34,744 bases of DNA from Thraustochytrium aureum (Eukaryota): positions 176,168-210,911 of the forward strand of contig BLSG01000291.1 in assembly GCA_012862495.1 (NCBI GenBank), read 5' to 3'. How positions within the stretch are numbered: position 1 is the first letter of the stretch; the number at the start of each line of letters is the position of its first letter. This document shows positions 21,258-32,537 of this stretch, in pieces. The position numbers and the translations under genes were made by a program. The notes under the pieces were generated by a model that had not been told where the DNA came from, did no database searches, and was given only the letters and a program-made list of their open reading frames with translations.

Positions 21258-22347
21258 NNNNNNNNNNNNNNNNNNNNNNNNNNNNNNNNNNNNNNNNNNN
21301 NNNNNNNNNNNNNNNNNNNNNNNNNNNNNNNNNNNNNNNNNNNNNNNNNNNNNNNNNNNNNNNNNNNNNNNNNNNNNNNNNNNNNNNNNNNNNNNNNNNN
21401 NNNNNNNNNNNNNNNNNNNNNNNNNNNNNNNNNNNNNNNNNNNNNNNNNNNNNNNNNNNNNNNNNNNNNNNNNNNNNNNNNNNNNNNNNNNNNNNNNNNN
21501 NNNNNNNNNNNNNNNNNNNNNNNNNNNNNNNNNNNNNNNNNNNNNNNGACGTGGGGTCCACTCGCGCTGCGTGCTGGCAAGGCGCGAGCGGCGCTAGCCC
21601 TGGCGCGCGCTTGCACCGGCCGGTTTTCTCCGGAAAGGCATGGATGGTGAGCGCCTCTGCTAGAGCCTCGTGAATGTCGTGCTCGTTCGCTGGCCCAACG
21701 CAGTGGAGCGAGGCGAGCCTCGGCGTTGGGCAAAAACAGGCCATCTTTCGGAGGCGTCCTTCCATTACTCGATGCAAAAGCACGTCGTCAGCTCGAAGTT
21801 GCCTGCGTCGGTTTCGACATCCAGGCTGCTTCCAGCCCTCTGCCCGACAACGAGGTCGGGCCGCTCGCGAGGCAAGGCTTTTCCCGCGCACCTGAGCGAG
21901 TACGCATGGCCTGACGAGCCGCAGGCCGTGCAGGCCGTGCAGGCAGGCGCATTCCTTCCTCGCGATCTCGCTCCGCCAACGGCGTTCATCAGGGCGTCGA
22001 TCGTGGCGATCGCGGCCTCCACGCCGATGTCGTTCGAGCGTCGTTCTCTCGACAAAAAAATCTTGCAAGACCCTGGTGAAATGCATCGAAAAAGAATCAG
22101 ACCCTGGGGGGTTAGGTTGGTGCGCGCGGGTTAGGGTGTGCGTCGTGCAGCCGCAGCAGCATTCGAGGGGTAGAGGCGGCTCTGGAGGGCTGCGGTGGAG
22201 GCGGCGCGCGGGCGATTGGCGGAGGCTGCCGTGTCGTGGGTCGCGGTGGCGCGCGCGCGTGCGTGTCGAACGTGTGCGTCCTGACGCTGCGGTCGCGCTG
22301 GGATTTTTTTGGCGGGATTCCGTGGGATTTTGGCCGCGCTAGGGGGA

Positions 22348-22731
22348 ATGTCGCGCGGGATGGCCGGCCTGGCGGTGGCCGCGCTGACGAGGGCGGCGAT
22401 GCGGGGAGGCGCACGGGCTGCGGGCGCATTGGGTAGAGGAGGGGCGGCGAGGAACGGAGTGGATGCAACAACGAGGGCGATGGGAACTGCCCATGCGCAT
22501 GTTTTGACTGCGTCGGCCAAGGCGCACGTCGCGCAGGCGGAGACGGGCATGGCGCAGCTGGAGGCCATTGCGATGGTGCTGAGAGCGTTGGCGGCCGTGG
22601 AGCCTGTTGCCGTTGGAGAGGGGTTTACGATGAGCAGCGTGCTGAAGAAGCGGCGGAAGAAGATGAACAAACACAAGCATCGCAAGCGCCGAAAAGCCCA
22701 GCGGTTCAAGAATGAGAGCCGCAGGCGGTGA
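22348..22731 (+). CDS. Mitochondrial small ribosomal subunit protein mS38 / COX24-like (DUF1713)
   Basis: C-terminal MSSVLKKRRKKMNKHKHRKRRKAQRF is the mS38/COX24 signature. The Ala/Arg-rich N-terminus (MSRGMAGLAVAALTRAAMRGG) resembles a mitochondrial presequence. Confidence 0.88.
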   Translation: MSRGMAGLAVAALTRAAMRGGARAAGALGRGGAARNGVDATTRAMGTAHAHVLTASAKAHVAQAETGMAQLEAIAMVLRALAAVEPVAVGEGFTMSSVLKKRRKKMNKHKHRKRRKAQRFKNESRRR

Positions 22732-23172
22732 TACTCTGCGCCCCCGCGTGCGCTGCTGTAGAAGCGCGCTGGCGGCTATTGAAACTGGAAGAGGCAGTGG
22801 ACTGGGAAGGCAACTGCATCTTGGGTGTTTTTAATTCGCTTTTGCTGGTGCTTGATGTTGTTCAAGTTGCAGATAATAGGGCACAATTGAACCACAGGGT
22901 AGTAGGGTACGCTGTGCGGTCTTGGTCTTACGAACGTCGAGATTGTATCAGGCGGGGGCTGCCGCGCCTTTGCTTCCAGGAACAGTGCTGCCAGCCCGAC
23001 CCGCGGCTCCTTTGCGTGTGTTGCACAGCTGAGCGACCGCGGTTGCCGCAGCGGCCAGATCTGCAAGGTTTGCCTCGGTGCGCAACTACGCTAGCTTGGT
23101 TTATTCGGTGCAGGTGGTTGCGCGCAGCGCTCGTTTTCTGGCCGACTGTCGCACGAACACCGCGCTCGCGCT

Positions 23173-24498
23173 TCACTGCCTCGCAGCTCGCATCGCGCGA
23201 AGCTTTGCAAATCTGTCTTCCTCGATTGACGGACTCGAACTTGCGCAAGCGCTCTCGTCGGCGCCGCCTTCGCCGCTCGCTCCGCTGTCCACCTGTTTTG
23301 CAACCGCGCTTGCGCCGTCCGAGGTCGGTGCACCGCAGTCGGCGCCGAGGCCCTGCTCGCCACAGGGCGCGCCCTCGAGGATGTCTGGGGTCGAAGTGTG
23401 CTTTATGGCTGCGCCGTCGTCTTCGGGTGCCGGCGGCGGCGGCTCGGGGTGCAGTTGCGCCTTTGGCCTTTGCACGCGGTCCTTGATGCCAACGAGGAAG
23501 TCTGGGACAACTTTTTCGCTCCTTGGCCACGCTTCCGCGGCGCGGTGGGTCCGCCCGCTCAAGCAGCGAGTGGCAGTTTGCGAGGGCGAGGACCCACTCA
23601 TCGCGGTCCTCCTCGGTCGCGCACCGCAGCGTTAGTTGGCCCCGATCGTGTAGAGGCAAAACTCGGTCGAGCCTGCTATGTCGCGCTTGGAGACCGCCAC
23701 CGACTCGAGTGGGATGCGCGTGCCGGCGCGGCCGGCGTCGCGCGCCTCTTCACTCTCAAAGTACTCTAAAACGTCCGTGAGCACGAAGAAGCGCGCGCTC
23801 CAGTACNNNNNNNNNNNNNNNNNNNNNNNNNNNNNNNNNNNNNNNNNNNNNNNNNNNNNNNNNNNNNNNNNNNNNNNNNNNNNNNNNNNNNNNNNNNNNN
23901 NNNNNNNNNNNNNNNNNNNNNNNNNNNNNNNNNNNNNNNNNNNNNNNNNNNNNNNNNNNNNNNNNNNNNNNNNNGCGGCCTTCTTTGCTGCCCCAAGCGA
24001 CAAGCTGAGCCGCAATGCAGCAGGAGCGTCGCTAGCGCGCGGGCTCGCGGGCGGCGCGCTGTCCGCGTCGCTGTGGCTTGCCTCCGATTCAGCGCCAGGG
24101 TCGCCCTCGGCGTCAGAGTTCGAGTCGACGTCCTTTTCTTCCTCTTCGTCGGCGTCGGGGCCGAGCTTGCATGCGGCGAGGAGGGCCACGGCCCACTCGC
24201 ACGCTTCCTTCGGGTCGCTTGCCCACAGCACCAGCTCCCGCTTGCTCCCAGGGTAGGGAATCACGACTAGGCTTGCGCCAGCGTCGCTCGCCTTGACAAT
24301 AGATTTGCTGCTCAGCTCGAGGCTGCCTTTGGCCTTGGCGGCGCCGACCTTGTCAAAGTACTCGAGCAGGTTGCCCTGGAGCACAAAAAACCGTCGTTGG
24401 CTCTTCTTCCCGGACAGGCCTCCCAGCAGTGACCCATGCCTAGACCCCACCGACATGGGCGCCTTCACCAGCCACCCTTCCTTGTGCTGCTGCTCCAT
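23173..24498 (-). CDS. Tandem pleckstrin-homology (PH) domain protein; one N-gap and two frame breaks (~23640, ~23514)
   Basis: PH1 is KEGWLVK...SQRRFFVLQGNLLEYFD...LVLWASDPKEACEWAVAL. PH2 is WSARFFVLTDVLEYFESEE...FCLYT, continuing in another frame as GQLTLRCATEEDRDEWVLAL. The C-terminus KVVPDFLVGIKDRV...EDRFAKLRAMRAARQ needs a second shift. The frame stays open upstream to ~24731. Confidence 0.82.
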
Positions 24499-24777
24499 CC
24501 CCGGCGTGGACCTCGACCGTTGCCTGCCGCGAACCAGGCCGCGCCAGGCCAAACCGACGCAAGCAGCAGCGGTTCGCGCAGCCTCGCGAGCGCAGAGAGT
24601 GCCGACGTACGTACGCGCACTCGCGTCGAGCCTGAGCTGCTCCCTGGGCCGGTCGCTCCTCTCGAGCTCTGCCTGCGAGTCCGTCGCCGGCTCATGCTCG
24701 CTCGCTGCAAAGTCGTCCCACCGCTTCTGTTCTGCAAAGTAACAAAGTTACCGTTGGAGTTTTGTTTTTTGTCGGCG

Positions 24778-24995
24778 AGACGACGACGACCGATCGATCC
24801 GCTCACCCATCTGCCTGCTCGTGGGCCGGTGCTCATGCGTTTGCCGTGAGCTCTGCTGGCTTGGGCGTCTTGGGTTGTTGATTCGTCTCGGTTTCTTGCT
24901 GGTTGGATGGATGGATGGGACCAAGAGTGACGAAGGGCAAGACGACGACGACCGATCGATCCGCTTAACCATCTGCCTGCGCGTGGGCCGGCGCT
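24778..24995. repeat. 56-bp direct repeat, two copies 162 bp apart
   Basis: agacgacgacgaccgatcgatccgct(ca/ta)(c/a)ccatctgcctgc(t/g)cgtgggccgg(t/c)gct at 24778-24833 and 24940-24995, with 4 mismatches. A further shared gcgtcttgggt follows each copy. Confidence 0.9.
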
Positions 24996-25136
24996 TGGCC
25001 GGCTCCGTTGGTTGGTGCGTCTTGGGTGGTGGTTGAAACTAATTCTAACATTGTTTGGGTTTTCAATTGACATGTGAATGCGGCGCTCTTTCGAGGCACG
25101 CGTTGTACAAGAGCACTGGACTCGGTCGCGCAGATG

Positions 25137-28100
25137 CTAGCGGCCAAAGCAGCTGAAAAAGCTGCGCGAGATGAGCGAAGAGCCCACGGCCTTGGCAATG
25201 GCGTTCTCGCGAAAGCTCTCGGCGCGCTGCGAGTCGCCGAGCATGGCGATCCGGTCGCCGATGCGGCGAGCGTCAGCGGTCTCGGCCTCGACCAGCTGCA
25301 TGTCGAGCTGCAGCTGCATACTGGCGCGCGAGCCGCGCGGCGCGCGCGCAGCCTCGACCACAAGGGGCGAGAGGGAGTAGCGTCGCGCGTAGGCGTCCGG
25401 GTCAGAACTGACGGCGGCAACGATGCAAGCGATGCGCCGAGTAAAGACAAAGAGGCAGCAGAATCCCACTGCAAAGAGCGCGAGGCCGACCCAGCCGAGC
25501 GGGCGGACGAGGTTCAGCACGTTCCCGTTGAGCCTCTTGTCGATCGAGTCGTTGACGGAAAAGTGGCGAAAGCAGTGACGGCCAAAGAGCTGAAACATGT
25601 AGCAGCTCGCGGAAAGCGTTGCAGCGCCGGTCAGCAGAAAGGCCTTGCTGCCGAGGTCGAGGTTGGACCAGCGCATGATGTGCACGCGCAGCGCGGCGCG
25701 CGAGGCCTGCTCCCGCTCCCGCTCCCGCACGGCCTCATCGTCCGGCTGTGTGCGAAAGCGCGGGGCTCGTCGTGCACAATCGTCTTGGCGATAAAGTGGA
25801 TGGCAGCCAAAAAGGCGACGCCCTGGGCGACGAGCGCTGTGGCGATCATGACGGGCGAGAGCGTCGAAAGCGGGCCCTTCTCCCCGACGCGCAGCAGGAG
25901 CGCGCCTGCAAACACGGTCGGTCCAACAAGAAAGATAACCGGGAGCGAGCCGTAGAGCATCGCCCAGAGGTTTTGCTTGAGAATGCCCGTCAGCACGCTC
26001 ACGGGCCAGTCCGGCCCGCCGCACAACACGGCGACCTTGGCCGCGGTCATGCCAGGCTGCTCGAGGATGTGGCGCACGGCCTTGATCTCGAGCGAGTTGA
26101 CGCCGACAAAGGCGCGGACCCAGACGTAGCGCGACGCCATCATCTCGCCAATCACCTTTTGCTGCAGCGTGATGGCGAGGAGCTTGATGGCATAGCAGAC
26201 GCCAACGGCGAAGAGCACGGCAGAAGTGTACGACATCTCGCGCTCGGCGCTGTGCACCAAGATGACGCCGCCAGCTACGTAGACGGGCATGCCCGGCACG
26301 GGGGGCAGGAGGAACATGGTGAGGCCTACGGCAGTGAAGATGATGGTGGTGTACACGAGCGGCACCGGCTCGAGGATCTCGTTCAGGTACGACATGAAGA
26401 TCGTGGTGAGGCGCACCACGCCGACGATAAAGATAAAGTAGATGACGCCCACCCAGCACAACTTGGGGAGGACGGAACCCCAGTCCCAGCGGCGGAGTTT
26501 TCGCACGAGCCTCGTTGGCCCCTTGGTGAAGGGCGACTTGCGCTCGTCCTCGTTGAGCTTGTACCCGCAGCAGAAGGCGCGGCGCGAGAGCTGCTGCACC
26601 GCCGACATGGCCAGGTAAACCAAGAAAAGGGGCCCAACGAGCAGCATGAGGATGGCGCGCAGCCAGTCGGACTTTATGAGGCGGAAAATGCGGCTCCCCA
26701 GCGGCGTCTTGGACATGCCGTCGAGCACGTCGCTGAGGCCAAAGACGGCCACCACGACCACACCGGCGATGATCATGCCGAGAAACGCGAGGGAAATCAC
26801 CACCGTGGTGAGGCTCATCTTGGCCCCCGCGATGCCGGCGGCCGCCCAGGTCCCCAGCAGGCCAACGCCCAAGAAGAACATGAAGGCCTGCGCGACGGGG
26901 TCGAAAATCGAATGGGCCGGCGTCGCGTTGGTGGACGAGCTGGTCGCCGAGCGCGACGAGTCCTCCGCGGCAGCGTGCTCCTCGCGCAGGCTCACCATCG
27001 AGCCCGGGGGTAGGAAAGAGGAAAGGCGGTGCACGAGCTCGTCGCGGCCGTCCAGCAGCTCGCACAGCTGCACGATCGCGCTCTTCGCGCCAACGGTGCG
27101 GGCCTGCAGCGCCTGCAGCAGGTTGATCACCTCTGCATACACCTTGGGCTCGTCTGTGGCGAGCTCGTGCTGCGCAAGCACGAGGAAAGAGGCCTGGTCC
27201 GCGTCAAGCTTGAGACCGTGCGTTTCCATGTTGGCCGCGCCGCCGGGCCCAACGAGCACCGAGTACCTGCCGGTGGCCCCGCCTGGGTTCACGGTGGTCC
27301 CAGGTGCCGGCGGGTCGTCCGAGCCGGGGCAGGCCCCCTTGGCCTCGCAAGCCTGCTGCGCGACCTGGAGGCGCAGCGCGCGCGCAACAACTCCGAGCAC
27401 GCCGCCGAAGATCAGAGCCCAGATGGCGGTGATGAGCGGCAGCATCCAGAGGAGGAACGCAGCCTGGCAGCCGTCCAATGCTTGCTCGATGCGCCTTTCC
27501 AACATGCGCAGCTGCTCGCGAGTGAGGTCGTCGTGGAAGACGTCGATGCCGTCAATGATCCACTCGTCGGTGCTCTCTTCGTTGTAAAAGTCGTCGATGT
27601 CGATCGCGGCGGTCATGTTGAGCTGCTCGCGCCCCTGCTGGCAGTCGACGCCGATGTAGAAGAAAAGTTTGGTGAAGGGCTCTGTCCACCATGCGTCGTA
27701 CGCATAGAGCCAGGCGATCCATGCCGCCAAGATCAGGCTGCCTGAAAGCCACAGGGAGAGTCTGAGCCATGTGAGGAAGCTCAGGATGTCGAGACGCACC
27801 AGGACGGTGCGCGTCCGAAGGGCGATGAACAGGAAAGGGGTTCCGAAAAGGAAGAGCGACATTGGCGCCAGCGGAAACTCGGAGGTGAGTAGGAGCGTGG
27901 TGACGGCAAAGCCGAGCAGCACGCCCATCAGCAGGAACCGCCGCAGCCACGCCCAAGGCCCGCGCCAGTGCCTCGAGTCGAGCACGTACAGGGCAATCGC
28001 GACGCCTGCAGAGAGGAGCGCGACCAGCTTGGTCCAGTTGCTCACGCGTTTGAGCTCGATGTAGATCTTGTCCCCGACGCACAGGGGGAGCGCGGTGAAC

Positions 28101-28357
28101 AGGTACGTGAACAGCACCCCGAAGGCCTGCACAAGCACGAACAGGAGCAGCTTGAGCATGCAGGCGCGGGTCCCCGTCGCAGGCGGAGGCTTCCGGGCCG
28201 CTTCCGGCCGCTCGGCGTCCTCGCCCTCCTCGTCGATCTCCGTCGAGTCGCCGGACCACCCTCTCTCCAGGGCCCACTCCGCATCATCATCCGAGGACGC
28301 CGACGCCACGAAGCTGCTCACCGTGCCCGGCGCGGCGCCGTTCGCGGACGCCGCCAT
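25137..28357 (-). CDS. Large multipass membrane protein with C-terminal VTT/DedA (TMEM41/TVP38-like) region and an inserted PAH-like domain; frame break near 25762
   Basis: Likely ATG at 28357 (MAASANG). More than 14 hydrophobic segments. VTT-like re-entrant motifs MFLLPPVPGMPVYVAGG and LCGGPDWPVSVLTGILK. PAH-like block ends in LSSFLPPG. The tail (QPDDEAVRERE...RPLGWVGLALFAVG...FFSCFGR) lies in the neighbouring frame. Confidence 0.8.
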
Positions 28358-29768
28358 GGACCGCAAAAACCAGCGCGAAAACCCACGCAACAACAAAAAC
28401 ACGCCAAACCCGCGACACCAAAGCAAGCAAGCGACGCGGCCAGGCCCAACGCAGGCCAACGCTCCAGCGCAGATCGACCGGCGCAGCAAGCGCCTCCCCG
28501 GCCAGACCGCCCGCCGAGCCTCCAGCGCGGACCCCGCGACGCGTTCGCCGTTCAGGTCCTGCGGCTCGTGGTCTTTTGTGTCGCTCGCGCACGTTTTTCC
28601 TAGCCCCAAAGCCCCCAAAAGACCCCAAAACCCAAGAACCCAAAAAACCAATAAAAACAAAAAAACTAATAAAATCACCCGAGTTCACGTTCACGCTTGG
28701 CGCATTTCCTCAGAGCCCCGCCCCCTTTAATTGAAAAAAAAGGACGAACGAGATTGGCTGCAGGTAGAGGCAAAAGGCGTTCCCCTCTAAGGCGTTGCCC
28801 TCTCTGCGCGGAGGGACGCCGCCTGGCGCGCCAGGTTGAGAGCGAAAAGCTGTCTTGAGTTCACGTGGGAGGGCCGCGTTCTTGCATAACTTGGCCTTCT
28901 TNNNNNNNNNNNNNNNNNNNNNNNNNNNNNNNNNNNNNNNNNNNNNNNNNNNNNNNNNNNNNNNNNNNNNNNNNNNNNNNNNNNNNNNNNNNNNNNNNNN
29001 NNNNNNNNNNNNNNNNNNNNNNNNNNNNNNNNNNNNNNNNNNNNNNNNNNNNNNNNNNNNNNNNNNNNNNNNNNNNNNNNNNNNNNNNNNNNNNNNNNNN
29101 NNNNNNNNNNNNNNNNNNNNNNNNNNNNNNNNNNNNNNNNNNNNNNNNNNNNNNNNNNNNNNNNNNNNNNNNNNNNNNNNNNNNNNNNNNNNNNNNNNNN
29201 NNNNNNNNNNNNNNNNNNNNNNNNNNNNNNNNNNNNNNNNNNNNNNNNNNNNNNNNNNNNNNNNNNNNNNNNNNNNNNNNNNNNNNNNNNNNNNNNNNNN
29301 NNNNNNNNNNNNNNNNNNNNNNNNNNNNNNNNNNNNNNNNNNNNNNNNNNNNNNNNNNNNNNNNNNNNNNNNNNNNNNNNNNNNNNNNNNNNNNNNNNNN
29401 NNNNNNNNNNNNNNNNNNNNNNNNNNNNNNNNNNNNNNNNNNNNNNNNNNNNNNNNNNNNNNNNNNNNNNNNNNNNNNNNNNNNNNNNNNNNNNNNNNNN
29501 NNNNNNNNNNNNNNNNNNNNNNNNNNNNNNNNNNNNNNNNNNNNNNNNNNNNNNNNNNNNNNNNNNNNNNNNNNNNNNNNNNNNNNNNNNNNNNNNNNNN
29601 NNNNNNNNNNNNNNNNNNNNNNNNNNNNNNNNNNNNNNNNNNNNNNNNNNNNNNNNNNNNNNNNNNNNNNNNNNNNNNNNNNNNNNNNNNNNNNNNNNNN
29701 NNNNNNNNNNNNNNNNNNNNNNNNNNNNNNNNNNNNNNNATGCAGCGCAAGAGCCGCCTAGCGTTTCC

Positions 29769-29810
29769 GCGCAATCGGCCTGGCGCAAGCGGCCTGGCGC
29801 AATCGGCCTG
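29769..29810. repeat. 14-bp tandem repeat x3 (GCGCAA[T/G]CGGCCTG)
   Basis: Units at 29769, 29783 and 29797; one substitution in the middle copy. Confidence 0.85.
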
Positions 29811-32537
29811 GGGAAGGCAGCGCGTGCTTGCGCTCTTTCGTCGAGTTGTCAAGGAATTGATTGGCCATTCTCGCCCTGGCTGCTCTGCGTGACAGCCGGC
29901 CAGGAAGCCACGATCACTAATTGGCAGGAGCCCGTTCGCGAAAGCGGCCTGTGGCAGTGCATGCGTTCTTTCTTCGAGTTGTCAGGCGTGAATGGATTGG
30001 CTATCGACAGTTGATCGCTGCTAGGATGCCCACGCGAGCACTCGCGTATCAAACAAATTGCCCTCGCAACTTCATCGCGAAGCATGCGAAGCAACGAGCC
30101 GAAGCAACGAGCCGCTAAAGCGAGGAAGGCCTTGCAGAGAGCGCAATCTTCATGTTTTGTTGTCGTTCTTTCCAGCTTCGCGAAGTGGCGCGGCCCGCCC
30201 TTCTCGCGCGAGCACGGTTGGTGAGAGCTGGGTCCTCTGCTGGAGCAGCTGCTACAAGGATGTTGCTGATCGCTTCGTGTCAACGTCGAAGCCATCATTC
30301 TCCAGGCTTTTCGTTGGCATCTGGTTCGTAGTAGCTTCGTCTTCGTCCTCTTCAGCACGCGGCCTCCCTCGCACTCTCGTATGTCCTGCTTGGCTCTACC
30401 ATCAAGCGGAGTCTTTCGAGAGACCAATACCCGAACGGGACTTGGTCCTTCGCTGGCGGCGGAGACGTCACGTTCCAGCTCGACCTTACCGACTGCTCTC
30501 GGACGGCCGCTCCGACGCGCACCGACAAGCGCCCCCACCCTCACGCCTTGCCAATCTGATGTCGCAGACTCTCAAACTTCGTACAACGTCTTTGACGCGC
30601 AGAACGGCACTGTCTGGCAATCGGTGACGATCGCGGGCTCATATCGGCGGCCCCGAGACGTCCGAAAGAGAGCGAAGAGTCTGCAGGGTCGTCCAACGGG
30701 ATGCCGGCAACATAAGGCCAGCTCGAGACCAAGGGCCGGTTCGATGCTTGCTCCGGTCCGATGCTCGCTCCGGTGCGTGAAAATGCAGAAAACAAAACTG
30801 TCTAATTTGCAGAGACGAGAGCCAAGCCGGGCTTGCTGGATTAAAATGAACTGTCGAGCATCACAAGTGGCCAGTCTTTTAGAAAAGGCGAACAGGTAAG
30901 GTGCGGCTCGCTGCAGCGGCACAAACCAAATCCTGTGCGCGCAAACACCTCGTNNNNNNNNNNNNNNNNNNNNNNNNNNNNNNNNNNNNNNNNNNNNNNN
31001 NNNNNNNNNNNNNNNNNNNNNNNNNNNNNNNNNNNNNNNNNNNNNNNNNNNNNNNNNNNNNNNNNNNNNNNNNNNNNNNNNNNNNNNNNNNNNNNNNNNN
31101 NNNNNNNNNNNNNNNNNNNNNNNNNNNNNNNNNNNNNNNNNNNNNNNNNNNNNNNNNNNNNNNNNNNNNNNNNNNNNNNNNNNNNNNNNNNNNNNNNNNN
31201 NNNNNNNNNNNNNNNNNNNNNNNNNNNNNNNNNNNNNNNNNNNNNNNNNNNNNNNNNNNNNNNNNNNNNNNNNNNNNNNNNNNNNNNNNNNNNNNNNNNN
31301 NNNNNNNNNNNNNNNNNNNNNNNNNNNNNNNNNNNNNNNNNNNNNNNNNNNNNNNNNNNNNNNNNNNNNNNNNNNNNNNNNNNNNNNNNNNNNNNNNNNN
31401 NNNNNNNNNNNNNNNNNNNNNNNNNNNNNNNNNNNNNNNNNNNNNNNNNNNNNNNNNNNNNNNNNNNNNNNNNNNNNNNNNNNNNNNNNNNNNNNNNNNN
31501 NNNNNNNNNNNNNNNNNNNNNNNNNNNNNNNNNNNNNNNNNNNNNNNNNNNNNNNNNNNNNNNNNNNNNNNNNNNNNNNNNNNNNNNNNNNNNNNNNNNN
31601 NNNNNNNNNNNNNNNNNNNNNNNNNNNNNNNNNNNNNNNNNNNNNNNNNNNNNNNNNNNNNNNNNNNNNNNNNNNNNNNNNNNNNNNNNNNNNNNNNNNN
31701 NNNNNNNNNNNNNNNNNNNNNNNNNNNNNNNNNNNNNNNNNNNNNNNNNNNNNNNNNNNNNNNNNNNNNNNNNNNNNNNNNNNNNNNNNNNNNNNNNNNN
31801 NNNNNNNNNNNNNNNNNNNNNNNNNNNNNNNNNNNNNNNNNNNNNNNNNNNNNNNNNNNNNNNNNNNNNNNAAACTATCTGGAAGGAGAAAGGCGGGGGA
31901 GTCGCCGCTCGACGCCTCATGGGCCTGGCGCCAGCGCTTGGCACCGAGTTGGACGAAACCCCTCTCGCCTTGCAAGACTTTTTGGCAAGGTCGCCTCTCC
32001 AACTGTAGGCAAATAGCAAACTGCAAAGTCCAGCTTCATAAGATTCGCCTGAACACAGTTGGCGTCGAGAGCTCCAACTTGGGCCTTGGCGCGCCATGTC
32101 ATTAGCTGACGGCTGATTCGCGCGCCCGAGCGGGCCGAGCGGGCAAGACTCTGCGGCACCTGCTGCTCTTGCGCAGCGCAACTCCCGCCTGATCCACACG
32201 AGTCAACTATCTCAATTTGACAAAGATTGGGCTACCAACGTCGGGCAAGGTCCCGAACGCGAAGTCCGACATTGACTTTTTAGATTTAAAAAGGGGAGCT
32301 TGCCGTTTTGTTTTTGTTCCCAGCCCTTGTCCGAAGTTCAGAGCGGTTCAGAGCGAGGCAACCATTGCCCGGCGATAGCTGCTGGCGGCCAGACTACTGT
32401 TCAGTTCCACGTGAGAAAGCACAATCTCCTGGAAGCTTCGAAGCCCTCTCTCTCCAGCTCTAGAGCACCTACGAGAGAGATCAGTACCTAGGAGACAGAA
32501 GAAACCTTGCCGGCCTCTGTCGCATGTCGCAAGCAAT

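Larger units (their letters stand above)
2418..31871. other. Ten assembly gaps (N runs) within this span
   Basis: Gaps at 2418-2727, 6324-6870, 10586-10732, 11936-12734, 15088-15258, 17394-18044, 21258-21547, 23807-23974, 28902-29739 and 30954-31871. Confidence 0.99.

Noticed and set aside
28358..28678. 107-aa N-terminal extension of the large membrane protein in the ORF track
   Set aside because: It starts at a non-ATG codon in T/G-rich low-complexity leader or intron-like sequence. The first ATG is at 28357.
28787..32199. ORFs consisting mostly of X (also 17169-18272 and 6185-6991)
   Set aside because: Artefacts of reading through N gaps, which contain no stop codons.
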